From assembly GCA_965220125.1 (NCBI GenBank), contig CBDCPB010000004.1, positions 1,478,227 to 1,542,226 of the forward strand: a stretch of 64,000 nt of DNA, written 5' to 3'. This stretch comes from Dehalococcoidia bacterium (GTDB taxonomy: Bacteria; Chloroflexota; Dehalococcoidia; UBA2979). Shown here in pieces: positions 43,804-53,233 of this stretch. The notes under the pieces are model-generated. The model ran no database searches. It had not been told where the DNA came from and saw nothing but the letters and a program-made list of their open reading frames with translations. Both the position numbers and the translations under genes were made by a program. How positions within the stretch are numbered: position 1 is the first letter of the stretch; each line of letters starts with the position of its first letter.

Positions 43804-45195
43804 GTGAGCACGACGCAGCGCCTGCCGCTCGGCGGCGACCTCGACGAGACGGGCCGTGCGCTGTTCACGGACCTCTACCAGCTGACGATGCTGCAGGCCT
43901 ACGCCGAGCACGGGCTGACCGCCCCCGCCACGTTCGAGCTGTACGCCCGCTCGCTGCCCGCGAATCGCAGCTACCTGCTGGCCTGCGGCCTCGACGACGC
44001 GCTCGCCTACCTCGAAGGGCTGCGCTTCGGGGACGAGGCGCTCGCGGCGCTGGAGCGCGGCGGACGCTTCCCCTCGCGCTTCCTCGACTGGCTCGGCGGG
44101 CTGCGCTTCACCGGCGATGTCTACGCGATGCCCGAGGGCACCCCTGCCTTCGCCGGCGAGCCGCTGCTAACCGTCGAGGCGCCCCTGCCGGAAGCACAGC
44201 TCGCTGAGACGTACCTGCTCAACCAGCTGCACCTGCAGACGCTGATCGCCTCGAAGGGCGCGCGCATCGTCGAGGCGGCGCGGGGGCGGCCGGTGGTGGA
44301 CTTCGGCACGCGGCGCGCGCACGGCACGGACGCGGCGCTGAAGGCGGCGCGCGCGCTCTACCTCGCGGGCATGGCCGCGACCTCCAACGTGCTCGCCGCC
44401 GACCGCTACGGCATCCCGGCGACCGGCACGATGGCGCACAGCTACGTGCAGGCCCACGACGACGAGAGCGAGGCCTTCCGCAGCTTCGTCGCGACCCACC
44501 CCGACACCGTCCTGCTCGTCGACACCTACGACACCGCCGAGGGCGTGCGCCGCGTGGCGCTGCTCGCCGCGGAGCTGGGCGACGCCTTCCGCGTGCGGGC
44601 CGTGCGGTTGGACTCCGAGCCGCTGGCCGAGCTGGCGCGGGAGTCGCGCGCGATCCTCGATGCGGCCGGGCTGGAGCGCGTGGAGATCGTCGCCAGCGGC
44701 GGCCTCGACGAGACGCGGATCGCGGAGCTCGTCGCAGCGGGCGCGCCGATCGACGCCTTCGGCGTGGGGACGCGCGCCGTGTCCTCGGCGGACGCGCCCA
44801 CCTTCGACGCGGTCTACAAGCTGGCGGCCTACGACGGCCGCGGCCGGATCAAGCTCTCGGCGGGGAAGGAGACGCTGCCCGGCCGCAAGCAGGTCTTCCG
44901 CCGGCGCGACGCCGCCGGCGTCGCGAGCGGCGACATCCTCGCCCGCGCCGACGAGCGCCTCGACGGCGAGCCGCTGCTGGAGCTGGTGATGCGCGACGGC
45001 GAGCGCCTCGAGGCGGGGAGGCGAACGCTGGCGGAGGCGCGGGAGCGCGCGGCGACGGAGCGCGAGCGGCTTCCCGCCTCGCTGCGTGGTCTGCAAGCGC
45101 CGGCCGAGCCGTACCCGGTGGAGGTCAGCGCCGCACTGCAGGCCGAGGCCCAGGCCCTGCGCGACGAGCTGCGCCGCGGAACCTCGACCCCGTAA
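43804..45195 (+). CDS. pncB: Nicotinate phosphoribosyltransferase
   Basis: LFTDLYQLTMLQAYAEHGL...VVDFGTRRAHGTDAALKAARA...GTMAHSYVQAHDDESEAFRSF are NAPRTase family signatures. Sits directly downstream of pncA. Confidence 0.8.
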   Translation: MSTTQRLPLGGDLDETGRALFTDLYQLTMLQAYAEHGLTAPATFELYARSLPANRSYLLACGLDDALAYLEGLRFGDEALAALERGGRFPSRFLDWLGGLRFTGDVYAMPEGTPAFAGEPLLTVEAPLPEAQLAETYLLNQLHLQTLIASKGARIVEAARGRPVVDFGTRRAHGTDAALKAARALYLAGMAATSNVLAADRYGIPATGTMAHSYVQAHDDESEAFRSFVATHPDTVLLVDTYDTAEGVRRVALLAAELGDAFRVRAVRLDSEPLAELARESRAILDAAGLERVEIVASGGLDETRIAELVAAGAPIDAFGVGTRAVSSADAPTFDAVYKLAAYDGRGRIKLSAGKETLPGRKQVFRRRDAAGVASGDILARADERLDGEPLLELVMRDGERLEAGRRTLAEARERAATERERLPASLRGLQAPAEPYPVEVSAALQAEAQALRDELRRGTSTP

Positions 45196-45212
45196 ACCGG
45201 GTGCGCCACCCG

Positions 45213-45521
45213 CTACTCCCCGGAGCCCCCTGAGGATCTCTCGCGCAAGTCGACGCGCGCCTCCGCGCCGGGGAGCGCGCGCAGCAGCGCGTCGGCCTCG
45301 CGGAAGGAAGGCGAGGCGAGCCACGCCTCGGCAGCCGCGCGGCTGCGCCACCACGTGGTGAGCAGCAGCGAGCGGCGTGAGAGCCAGCGGTGCACGTGCA
45401 GGCAGCCCTGCTGCGAGCGGGTGCGGCGATCGAGGGCGCGCACCGCCCAGAAGGCGCGCGGCATCGAGCGCATCCGCGTCAGATGCCAGGAGGTCAGCAA
45501 CAGCACCGGCGCGTCGTCCAT
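45213..45521 (-). CDS. Small ABM/Dabb-like (antibiotic-biosynthesis-monooxygenase fold) hypothetical protein
   Basis: ...LLLTTWWRSRAAAEAWLASPSFREA... resembles the W-x-S-x-EA...H/W..SP.F motif of ABM-fold proteins. Weak assignment. Confidence 0.35.
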   Translation of the reverse strand: MDDAPVLLLTSWHLTRMRSMPRAFWAVRALDRRTRSQQGCLHVHRWLSRRSLLLTTWWRSRAAAEAWLASPSFREADALLRALPGAEARVDLRERSSGGSGE

Positions 45522-45562
45522 GCGCGGACCCTACCAGCACGCCGGGCGCGCGGCGCAGCGGC

Positions 45563-46678
45563 TCAGCGCGCGTCATCGAGGATGCGCACGACCAGGCGCA
45601 GGATCCGCCAGCCGTCGCGCAGCATGTGCTCGACGTTCCCGGGGTCCGGCTCGACGTGCTGGAAGAGGTCGAGGCGGTGGTAGATGGCCGGCTCGTGCGC
45701 CTCGGCCATCGCCTCGGACTCGGTCCAGGGGATGAACTCGTCGCTGCGGTCGTGCAGCAGGTAGAGCGGGGCGCGCAGCCCGTCGATCGCGTAGCGCGGG
45801 CTGACCGCCTCAAGGTGCGCGCGCTGCTCCGGATACAGCGCCTCGATCAGCTCCTCGGCGCGATCGAGCGTCGGACGCTGCAGCAGCTCCGCGACCGCCG
45901 CACCGCCGGCGCCCTCCGGCGTCCCGCCGGCATCGATCGCCGCGCGCTCGGCCTCGGACAACCCGGCGAGCAGCGTGTTGCGCACGACACGACGCGCGAT
46001 GCCCGCGGGCTCCCAGTCCTCGACGCCGTCCGGACCGCGGAAGCTGTAGGAGGTCACGGCGGCCGTGAGCGACTCGGCGTCGTAGTAGGGCCCGAGCGCG
46101 ACGACGTAGCCGACCCGATCGGCGATCTGCGGCTGCGAGGCGGCGACGATCGCCAGCGAGCCGCCCGCGGAGAGCGCGACGTAGCCGACCCGGTCCGCGC
46201 GCACGCGCGGATGCGCGGCGAGCGCCTCGAAGGCGCCGGCCAGCCTCGGGATCTCGCTGGGCAGCACGACCGCGGCGTTGAGGTCATCGGACTCGGTGAG
46301 CAGCACGGCGAAGCCGATGCGGGCGAGGCCGCCGGTGAGGCTCAGCACGCGCTCATCGTCGGCCGGGGCGGGATCGGCGCCGAGGACGAGGATGATTGCG
46401 GGCCGCTCGTTGTCGCCCTCCGGCAGCGTCAGGTGTCCACCGCCAGCGCCCTCACCGCCCCACTCGAAGTCCTCGATGGTGGGCGCGTGGGTGGCCCAGG
46501 CGAGGGGCCGCACCGGCAGTTGCAGCACGACGTCGGCGGTGAAGGCGGTGGCGCGCAGGTAGGAGTGCGCCGTGGGCAACGCGGCGACGACGGCCAGCAG
46601 CACCAGCAGCCACACGACGGCCCTGACCCGCCGCCGCACGCTCCAGCCATCAATACGCCCCGGATGCAGGCGGTGCAT
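45563..46678 (-). CDS. Alpha/beta-hydrolase fold protein with N-terminal membrane anchor
   Basis: N-terminal TM (VVWLLVLLAVVAALP)...VGYVALSAGGSLAIVAAS (G-x-S-x-G)...LLHDRSDEFIPW. Confidence 0.65.
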   Translation of the reverse strand: MHRLHPGRIDGWSVRRRVRAVVWLLVLLAVVAALPTAHSYLRATAFTADVVLQLPVRPLAWATHAPTIEDFEWGGEGAGGGHLTLPEGDNERPAIILVLGADPAPADDERVLSLTGGLARIGFAVLLTESDDLNAAVVLPSEIPRLAGAFEALAAHPRVRADRVGYVALSAGGSLAIVAASQPQIADRVGYVVALGPYYDAESLTAAVTSYSFRGPDGVEDWEPAGIARRVVRNTLLAGLSEAERAAIDAGGTPEGAGGAAVAELLQRPTLDRAEELIEALYPEQRAHLEAVSPRYAIDGLRAPLYLLHDRSDEFIPWTESEAMAEAHEPAIYHRLDLFQHVEPDPGNVEHMLRDGWRILRLVVRILDDAR

Positions 46679-46720
46679 GGCGCGATGGTACGCGGGATTG
46701 AGGCGGTTTGCGGCTGATCG

Positions 46721-47137
46721 CTACCGATCGAGGAGTTCGGCGATGTCTACGGACGGCACATGCATCCGCCCGAATCCGCTGACGCCGGTGACGGACTCGA
46801 TCACTCCCCGCGCGGCGCCGAACAGGATCGCGGAGCCGTTGTAGGCCAGCATCCGCAGCGAGCGATCGAGTTCTTCGTCCTCTGATTGAAGCCGGAACTC
46901 GCCGACGATCGTGAGGTCGATCGAGCGGACCTCGCCTTGCGTCACTCTCAGCCGCAGCGTGACGAAGTACTCGCCCTCGTCCGCTTCGAGGACCTCGGGG
47001 CGCGAGACGCTGACGGCCGGAGCCGGCAGCTCGTCCGGAATCTCCTCGTCCTCTTCGTACTCAAGCCGTTCGATCCAGAAGCGCCGGAGGTCGAGCGCCG
47101 CCTTGTCTGCCTGGCGAACGCGGAGCTTGCGGGCCAT
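46721..47137 (-). CDS. SecB-like chaperone of a tripartite toxin-antitoxin-chaperone (TAC) module
   Basis: ...GEYFVTLRLRVTQ...RMLAYNGSAILFGAARGVIESVTGVSGFGRMHVPSVDIAELL parallels E. coli SecB YEVVLRVTV...[43 protein letters not shown]. It is the third gene after higB-higA. Confidence 0.65.
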   Translation of the reverse strand: MARKLRVRQADKAALDLRRFWIERLEYEEDEEIPDELPAPAVSVSRPEVLEADEGEYFVTLRLRVTQGEVRSIDLTIVGEFRLQSEDEELDRSLRMLAYNGSAILFGAARGVIESVTGVSGFGRMHVPSVDIAELLDR

Positions 47138-47142
47138 CTGCG

Positions 47143-47508
47143 CTATGCCGCGGCCGCCAGCGCGGATGCCTGGACCGTCTCGCCCTGCTCGATGATTCCG
47201 GCGGCCGAGACCGGGCGGCAATCGCGACGGGAGAGGCGTCGGGCAGACTTGGCGTGCTTGAGTTGGAGATCGACGCGGCAGTCGAGGCCGAGTGCCACCG
47301 CGACGATGCTCTTGAGCGTCAGGTTGTCGTTGCCGCGCAGGATCTGGCTGATGCGCGCACGGCTCACGCCCATCTGTCGCGCGAGGTCGGCCTGCGTCAT
47401 GCCCCGCTCCTCCATGCGCGCCACGATCTGCTCGCCGACTGCAATGGCGACCCCATCGAACTCGTAGTCGGGGTCGCCCTCGTAGGTACCGATCCACTCA
47501 AGGGCCAT
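47143..47508 (-). CDS. higA: HigA-like HTH-XRE antitoxin with C-terminal extension (putative chaperone-addiction region)
   Basis: ...MTQADLARQMGVSRARISQILRGNDNLTLKSIVAVALGL... is an XRE helix-turn-helix. The extra ~35-aa C-terminal tail (RRLSRRDCRPVSAAGIIEQGETVQASALAAAA) is typical of TAC antitoxins. AGGAGG Shine-Dalgarno. Confidence 0.7.
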   Translation of the reverse strand: MALEWIGTYEGDPDYEFDGVAIAVGEQIVARMEERGMTQADLARQMGVSRARISQILRGNDNLTLKSIVAVALGLDCRVDLQLKHAKSARRLSRRDCRPVSAAGIIEQGETVQASALAAAA

Positions 47509-47527
47509 CCGTTGCCTCCTGCTCCGC

Positions 47528-47917
47528 TTAACGCCCCAGTTCGTCGACCGTCTCCTGCCAACGCCGCCTGCCGGTGTCCATCTCGTTCTTCGGCGTCCGG
47601 TTACTCTTCTTGGTGAATCCATGAAACAGGACGACCCTGAAATCCGGTGCGTAACGCCAGAAGACCCGGACCTGGTAGGCCTTGAACTCGAAGAACTCCT
47701 CTCCCCTCAGCGGTGCGCTATGTTCCCTGTTCCTCGGTGGACCGCTTTCGGCAGTCTCCCTGAGGAGTCTGTCGACTCGCTTCCGCTGGCGCTCCGAGAG
47801 TTGATCAAGGTACTCCGCAACAGGACAGGCGCCGCTGCTTCGAACATAGACCAGCACCGTGAATTGCTGACCACGCCGGATTTCCCTGAGAGGCAATGTT
47901 AAGTCCTGCCTTGACAC
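47528..47917 (-). CDS. higB: HigB/RelE-superfamily toxin (Gp49-like, DUF891)
   Basis: ...FFEFKAYQVRVFWRYAPDFRVVLFHGFTKKSNRTPKNEMDTGRR... matches the HigB signature (EFK...R(V/I)xY...(I/V)VLLHGFxKKTQKTP). Confidence 0.7.
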   Translation of the reverse strand: MSRQDLTLPLREIRRGQQFTVLVYVRSSGACPVAEYLDQLSERQRKRVDRLLRETAESGPPRNREHSAPLRGEEFFEFKAYQVRVFWRYAPDFRVVLFHGFTKKSNRTPKNEMDTGRRRWQETVDELGR

Positions 47918-47969
47918 TCGTCAATCGCCGGACGGCAACCGACGGCCGGCCGAGGCCCGCGTTGTACCC

Positions 47970-48401
47970 CTACCCCGAGATCAGCGCGTCCAGGGAGAGC
48001 GGGCCGGAGCCACCGAGGATGAGCGCGACGAGCATCGCGATCAGCAGGAGGTCGAGTTCGTAGCCCTGCGCGTTCTCGTTGCCGGCGAACGGCAGGCGCA
48101 GCTTCACCGCGTTGGTGTACGTCGCCACCACCATCATCAACGCCAGCGGGATCGCGACCCAGTGCGTGAATAGTCCGAGGATCAGCGCGAGACCGCCGAG
48201 GACCTCGAGGCTCGCGACCAGCCGCGCCGTCGGCTGCCCGAACGGGTAGCCGAGTTCGCCCAGCCACGAGCCGAAGCCGCTGATGCCGCGCTGGAACTTG
48301 CCGTACCCGGCGTGCATGAAGACGACGCCCGCAGCGAGGCGCAACGGCACCGTCACCCAATCGAGCATGCAGTCGCGGAACGGCTCGGTCAGCAAGTCCA
48401 T
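47970..48401 (-). CDS. DoxX-family membrane protein
   Basis: VPLRLAAGVVFMHAGYGKF...GYPFGQPTARLVASLEVLGGLALILGLFTHWVAIPLALMMVVA. Confidence 0.65.
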   Translation of the reverse strand: MDLLTEPFRDCMLDWVTVPLRLAAGVVFMHAGYGKFQRGISGFGSWLGELGYPFGQPTARLVASLEVLGGLALILGLFTHWVAIPLALMMVVATYTNAVKLRLPFAGNENAQGYELDLLLIAMLVALILGGSGPLSLDALISG

Positions 48402-48428
48402 GCGGCTCCCGCTTCCGCTAGCCGCCCA

Positions 48429-48875
48429 CTACGCGCCCTCGCGCGAGGGCAGCCTGACGACGGCGACGCCCTGCAGCGGGCGCTCGCCACGATCGTTCTC
48501 GAAGTAGACGTCGATCCGCACGCGCCCGCCGTCCTCGGCCGGCTCGGCGTCGATGACCAGGCCAAGCGTGCGCAACGCGTCCTCTTGCAGCACGGGGCGG
48601 CGGAAGTTGATGTCGATCGACTCCAGGTGGCCGCCGGGCCCCATCCAGTCGGTCACCAGCCGCGTGAGCACGGACATGCTCAGCGCGCCGGGCACGATCG
48701 GGCGCTCGAAGCCGAGCTTCTTCGCGCGCACGGGATCGGTGAAGCGCCCCTGCGCGTCGTCGGACGGGCCGCCCGGCTCAAGGTCGATGTACTCGAGGAC
48801 CTGCGCGCGCGTGGCGAGCCACTCGTCCTCGATCTCGTCGCCGACGTCGATGTCGTCGAAGTATGGCTGGCTCAT
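48429..48875 (-). CDS. MaoC-like (R)-specific enoyl-CoA hydratase, hot-dog fold
   Basis: ...TRAQVLEYIDLEPGGPSDDAQG...RPIVPGALSMSVLTRLVTDWMGPGG... is the MaoC dehydratase pattern. Confidence 0.65.
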   Translation of the reverse strand: MSQPYFDDIDVGDEIEDEWLATRAQVLEYIDLEPGGPSDDAQGRFTDPVRAKKLGFERPIVPGALSMSVLTRLVTDWMGPGGHLESIDINFRRPVLQEDALRTLGLVIDAEPAEDGGRVRIDVYFENDRGERPLQGVAVVRLPSREGA

Positions 48876-49303
48876 TCGCCGACCTGCCGATGGACGACGG
48901 TCTGGTCCGCGTAGGCGACATCGACGCCCTGCTGGTTGCGGTAGGTGAGACGGCGGACGCTGAACACCATCGTGCCGCTGCGGCCGGTCTTGGCGTACAC
49001 CTCCTTCGCCTGCGCGTAGCCGGTCAGCGTGTCGCCCACGCGCACCGGCTCAAGCAGTTCGAGGCGTGAGCCGGCGTGGAAGGTGACGTTGCCGAAGCGC
49101 ACGCGCGCGTCCGGCCCGGCGGCGAAGCGCATCCGCTGCAGGAAGCTCGGGGGCGCCTCCTGCTCCTCGACGTAGCGCGGGTTGGTCTCGCCGACGATCT
49201 CGCAGTAGCGCGCGAGCCGCTCCGCGGTGACCTCGAGGCTGCCCACGTTGTGTTCGACGCCGATCACGCTCTCGTCGTACTCGAAAAGGGGTTCGTCGCT
49301 CAT
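48872..49303 (-). CDS. MaoC-like/FAS1-like dehydratase N-terminal-type hot-dog protein (HadA-like partner)
   Basis: Hot-dog fold without catalytic D/H. Overlaps the downstream MaoC gene by 4 nt, the pairing seen in heterodimeric HadAB-type dehydratases. Confidence 0.55.
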   Translation of the reverse strand: MSDEPLFEYDESVIGVEHNVGSLEVTAERLARYCEIVGETNPRYVEEQEAPPSFLQRMRFAAGPDARVRFGNVTFHAGSRLELLEPVRVGDTLTGYAQAKEVYAKTGRSGTMVFSVRRLTYRNQQGVDVAYADQTVVHRQVGE

Positions 49304-49398
49304 GTGCCTGCCGTCCTGCCGGAAGCCGCCTGCCCGGATCCACCGGGCGGCTCGGCCATTCTTGAGTGTGGCCGCGAAGGCGTCAACGTGCGCGGCTC

Positions 49399-50499
49399 TC
49401 AGCGGCTCACCTCAACCCAGTCGCCCGTCGCGGCGGCCTCGAGCGCGGCCTCGTCCGGCTCGACGCCGAGGCCGACCCCCGAGGGCACACGCAGCACGCC
49501 CTCGTCCGGGACAAGTGGCTCTGCGACGAGGTCGGCGGCGAGGTGCTCCGCCGTGCCCAGCCCGTGCGCGAAGCCACCCCACGGGGCGAGCGCATCGACC
49601 GCCGCGGCGAGGTGCAGCGCCGCAGCCAGGCCGAGGCTCGAATCGAAGGTCGTGGTGACGACGCAGGCGATGTGCTCCCACCTCGCGTTCCAGGCGAGAT
49701 CGAGGGCGGGCCGGATCCCGCCGAGGCGCATCGGCTTGAGCACCAGCACGTCGGCGGCGCCGGCGTCGAGCACGCGCTCCCCGTCCGCCGGATCGGCAAT
49801 CGATTCGTCGGCGCCGATGCGGCAGATCCCTTCGGCGCGCAGGCGAGCGAGGCCCGCGAGGTCGGCGGAGGGCAGCGGCTGCTCGACGTACTCGATGTCG
49901 TAGCGCGCCAGACGCTCCATCGCGGCCGCGGCGGTCGCGGCGTCCCAGCCGCCGTTGGCGTCGAGGCGCAGGAGCGCGTCCGGCGCAACCTCGCGCACGG
50001 CCTCGACGCGGCGGCGGTCCTCGTCCAGCGGGACAGCGGCGACCTTGAGCTTGAGCGTCTCGTAGCCCGCGGCGATGGCGGCCGCGGCCTGCTCGCGCAC
50101 CCACTCGGGCGGGCCGTCGCCGATCACGGCGTTCACCCGCACCTCACGGACCATGCCTCCACCGAGGACCGCGGCGATGCGGAGGCCACGCCGTTGCCCC
50201 GCGAGGTCGAGCCGCGCGCTGTCGAGGGCGCAACGCAGCGCCGCGGCAGGGACCGAGCGCGGCCTCGCGGGCGGGCCCTCCTGGGCAAGCAGGCGCGGGG
50301 CCCACTCGCCGAGCAAGCGCAGCACCTCGGACGCCGCTCCGGGGCCGTTGGGGAGGAGCGGCGAGGCTTCGCCGAAGGCGCGGCGGTCCTCGGCGTCGCG
50401 CAGCTCGACGAGGACGCCGTCGCGCTCCTCGATCGCGCCCGCGGCGGTCGCGATCGGAGCGTGCAGCGGAAGGCGGAAGGGCCGCCAGCGGACCGCCAC
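49399..50499 (-). CDS. menC: o-Succinylbenzoate synthase (enolase superfamily)
   Basis: ...LKLKVAAVPLDEDRRRVEAVREVAPDALLRLDANGGWD...YDIEYVEQPLP...VLKPMRLGG... carries the MR/MLE-family KxK, D-x-N and D/E metal ligands. Sits at the end of the men operon. Start uncertain: GTG at 50497-50499 or further upstream at ~50556. Confidence 0.7.
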   Translation of the reverse strand: MAVRWRPFRLPLHAPIATAAGAIEERDGVLVELRDAEDRRAFGEASPLLPNGPGAASEVLRLLGEWAPRLLAQEGPPARPRSVPAAALRCALDSARLDLAGQRRGLRIAAVLGGGMVREVRVNAVIGDGPPEWVREQAAAAIAAGYETLKLKVAAVPLDEDRRRVEAVREVAPDALLRLDANGGWDAATAAAAMERLARYDIEYVEQPLPSADLAGLARLRAEGICRIGADESIADPADGERVLDAGAADVLVLKPMRLGGIRPALDLAWNARWEHIACVVTTTFDSSLGLAAALHLAAAVDALAPWGGFAHGLGTAEHLAADLVAEPLVPDEGVLRVPSGVGLGVEPDEAALEAAATGDWVEVSR

Positions 50500-50567
50500 G
50501 AGCGGGGCCCCGCTGGATGGCCGAGGCGCCGCGGAGCCGCTGCGATCGCTGCTCACGAGGGCGACCG

Positions 50568-51461
50568 CTAGAGCGCGGCACCGGCGGCGAGCAGCAGGCC
50601 GAGGGCGAGGTGCAGCCGTGCGGTCGCGCGCAGCGCGGCGTTGAGCGTCGGGCCGTCCTCGCTGCGCAGCACGGCGCGCAGCGGGCCGATCGCGAGCGGG
50701 AGGGCGAGCAGCGCGAGCAGCACCTGCGGGCCGAAGCCGATCGGCCAGAGCGCCACCGCGACGATCCATGCGAGCGCGAGCGTCGCGCTGAACTGCCAGC
50801 GCGAGAGCCGCCGCCCGAGCATCACGGCGAGCGTGCGCTTGCCCGCGACGGCGTCCGTCTCGATGTCGCGGATGTTGTTCACGATCAGGATCGCGGAGAC
50901 GGTGAAGCCGACGGGCACGGCCGCCGCCAGCACCTCGGCGGTGAGCTCCCCGGCCTGCACGTAGTAGCTGCCGCCGACGGCGACGAGGCCGAAAAAGACG
51001 AACGTGAAGACCTCGCCGAGGCCGCGGTAGCCGAACGGCCACGGCCCGCCGGTGTAGGCGATCGCCGCGAGGATCGAGCCGACTCCGGCGGCGACCACGG
51101 GCCAGCCCGCCACGGCGGTGAGGTAGAGACCGACCAGCGTCGCGACGGCGAAGGCGACCCACATCGCGGTCAGCACCTGGCGCTGGCTGAGCAGTCCGAG
51201 CTGCGTGACGCGCGGCGGGCCGATCCGCTCCGCCGTGTCGGCCCCGCGGCGGAAGTCGGAGACGTCGTTCGCGAGGTTCGCGCCGATCTGAATCGCGAGC
51301 GCGCCGAGCAGCGCGGCAAGCGCGGGGCCGAGGCTGAAGCGATCGTCGTGGACGGCGACGCCCGTGCCGACGGCGACCGGCGCGATGGCGGCCGTCAGCG
51401 TCGGCAGTCGCGCGGCTAGCACCCAGACCTTGAGGCCGGACGGGCCGCCCTGCGAGGACAT
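50568..51461 (-). CDS. menA: 1,4-Dihydroxy-2-naphthoate polyprenyltransferase
   Basis: UbiA-family membrane protein: ...LANDVSDFRRGADTAERIGP (NDxxDxxxD-like)...IVNNIRDIETDAVAGKRTLAV. Confidence 0.8.
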   Translation of the reverse strand: MSSQGGPSGLKVWVLAARLPTLTAAIAPVAVGTGVAVHDDRFSLGPALAALLGALAIQIGANLANDVSDFRRGADTAERIGPPRVTQLGLLSQRQVLTAMWVAFAVATLVGLYLTAVAGWPVVAAGVGSILAAIAYTGGPWPFGYRGLGEVFTFVFFGLVAVGGSYYVQAGELTAEVLAAAVPVGFTVSAILIVNNIRDIETDAVAGKRTLAVMLGRRLSRWQFSATLALAWIVAVALWPIGFGPQVLLALLALPLAIGPLRAVLRSEDGPTLNAALRATARLHLALGLLLAAGAAL

Positions 51462-51507
51462 CGCACGCCGCTCCACAGCCTCGCTGCTCACGCAAGCGCC
51501 TCGCTGC

Positions 51508-52350
51508 TCAGGGGAGGCGCGGGAACTTCGAGAAGTCCGGCTGGCGCTTCTCGAGGAAGGCGTTCTTGCCCTCCTTGCCCTCGTCGGACATGTAGAACAG
51601 CGAGGTCGCGTCCCCGGCGAGCTGCTGGATGCCCGCCAGCCCGTCCGTGTCGGCGAGGAAGGCCATCTTCAGGAAGCGCAGCGCCGTCGGGCTGAGCTCG
51701 AGGATCTCGTTCGCCCAGCGCACGCCCTCCGCCTCGAGCTCCTCGGGCGGGACGACCTCGTTCACGAGGCCCATGTCGAGCGCCTGCTGCGCGCTGTACT
51801 GGCGGCAGAGGAACCAGATCTCGCGCGCCTTCTTGTGGCCCACGATGCGCGCCAGCTGCGTCGCCCCGAGGCCGGCGTCGAAGGAGCCGACGCGCGGGCC
51901 GGTCTGCCCGAAGATCGCGGTCTCCGAGGCGATCGAGAGGTCGCAGATCACGTGCAGCACGTGCCCGCCGCCGATCGCGTAGCCGTTAACGAGCGCGATC
52001 ACCGGCTTCGGCATCGAGCGGATGTAGCGCTGCAGCGGCAGCACGTTGAGGCGCGGCACGCCGTCGTCGCCGACGTAGCCGCCCTCGCCGCGCACGCGCT
52101 GGTCACCGCCGGAGCAGAAGGCGCGCGTGCCCGCGCCGGTGAAGAGCACGACGCCGACGTCGGCGTCGTGGTGCGCCTCCGTGAACGCGTGCAGCATCTC
52201 GTCGACGGTCAGCGGCCGGAAGGCGTTATGCACCTCCGGGCGGTTGATCGTGATCCTGGCGATGCCGCCGGAGATCTCGTAGATGATGTCGGTGTAGTCA
52301 CCGGCCTTGCGCCACTCGACCGCGCCGGGCGCGTCTGTTGCCTCGCTCAT
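51508..52350 (-). CDS. menB: 1,4-Dihydroxy-2-naphthoyl-CoA synthase
   Basis: [27 protein letters not shown]...[12 protein letters not shown]...[16 protein letters not shown] is the crotonase fold with the MenB-specific N-terminus. Confidence 0.85.
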   Translation of the reverse strand: MSEATDAPGAVEWRKAGDYTDIIYEISGGIARITINRPEVHNAFRPLTVDEMLHAFTEAHHDADVGVVLFTGAGTRAFCSGGDQRVRGEGGYVGDDGVPRLNVLPLQRYIRSMPKPVIALVNGYAIGGGHVLHVICDLSIASETAIFGQTGPRVGSFDAGLGATQLARIVGHKKAREIWFLCRQYSAQQALDMGLVNEVVPPEELEAEGVRWANEILELSPTALRFLKMAFLADTDGLAGIQQLAGDATSLFYMSDEGKEGKNAFLEKRQPDFSKFPRLP

Positions 52351-52375
52351 CGCCTCCCCCTGCCGTGCTGCCTCG

Positions 52376-53233
52376 TCAACCGGCGGCGGCGTCCGCTCGC
52401 CGGGTGGGGGCGTACGTGCGGCGCAGGTGATCCTCGACCAGCCGCGCGAACGCCTCGGGCCGTTCGAGGTGCGCGGCATGGCCGGCGCCCTCGACTACGC
52501 GCATCGTAGCGTCCGGCAGCGTGCGCGCCATATCCCGGCCGATGGCGACGTACTTCTCGTCGAGCGAACCGGCCAGCAGCAGCGTCGGCGCGGCGATCGC
52601 GGGCAGCCGCTCGTGCAGCGGCGACTGCGCTCCCGCGCCCATCCCGCGCAGCGAGTTCGCGAGGCCGCGCGCGCGCTGCGCGAGCCGCGTCGCACGCACG
52701 GCGGCCCGCGCCTCCTCGGGCAGCGCGAGCTGCGAGGCGAAGAGCGGCACGCGCTCCCACTCGTCCACGAAGGCCTCGACGCCGTCGCGCTCGATGCGCT
52801 GCGCCAGCGCCGCGTCGGAGGCGCGCCGCGCCGCGCGCTCGGCGTCGTCGGCGATGCCGGGCGAGGCGCCCTCGAGCACCAGCGCGGCCACGACCTGCGG
52901 GTGATCGGCGGCGACCTGCAGGGCGACCCGCCCGCCGAGCGAGTAGCCGAGCCAGGCGGCGCGCTCGTGGCCGAGCGCGCGCAGCAGCGCGACGAGGTCG
53001 GCAGCGGCGCGCCCGATCGCGTAGCGCTCGACCGCCTCGGGCGCGTCGGAGCGGGCGTGGCCGACGAGGTCCGGGGCGATCGTGCGGTACTCGCCCGCGA
53101 GGCCATCGGCCAGGTCGCGCCATGTGTTCGAGGAGCCCGTGAACCCGTGCAGCAGCACGAGCGGCGGGCCCTCGCCCGCGCCGTCGACGTGGATCGCGAG
53201 GCCGTCGATCGCGACGGAGGCTGCGCCGTCCAT
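52376..53233 (-). CDS. menH: 2-Succinyl-6-hydroxy-2,4-cyclohexadiene-1-carboxylate synthase (alpha/beta hydrolase)
   Basis: [15 protein letters not shown]...[12 protein letters not shown] (G-Y-S-L-G-G). Lies between menD and menB; 1-nt stop/start overlap with menD. Confidence 0.75.
   Translation of the reverse strand: MDGAASVAIDGLAIHVDGAGEGPPLVLLHGFTGSSNTWRDLADGLAGEYRTIAPDLVGHARSDAPEAVERYAIGRAAADLVALLRALGHERAAWLGYSLGGRVALQVAADHPQVVAALVLEGASPGIADDAERAARRASDAALAQRIERDGVEAFVDEWERVPLFASQLALPEEARAAVRATRLAQRARGLANSLRGMGAGAQSPLHERLPAIAAPTLLLAGSLDEKYVAIGRDMARTLPDATMRVVEGAGHAAHLERPEAFARLVEDHLRRTYAPTRRADAAAG

Noticed and set aside
49399-51495. Single 698-aa ORF suggesting a fused protein
   Set aside because: The C-terminal 364 aa are a complete OSB synthase (menC). 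The N-terminal part is the menC frame reading through the antisense or shifted frame of menA (Arg-rich nonsense). MenA itself is clearly encoded at 50568-51461 in another frame.
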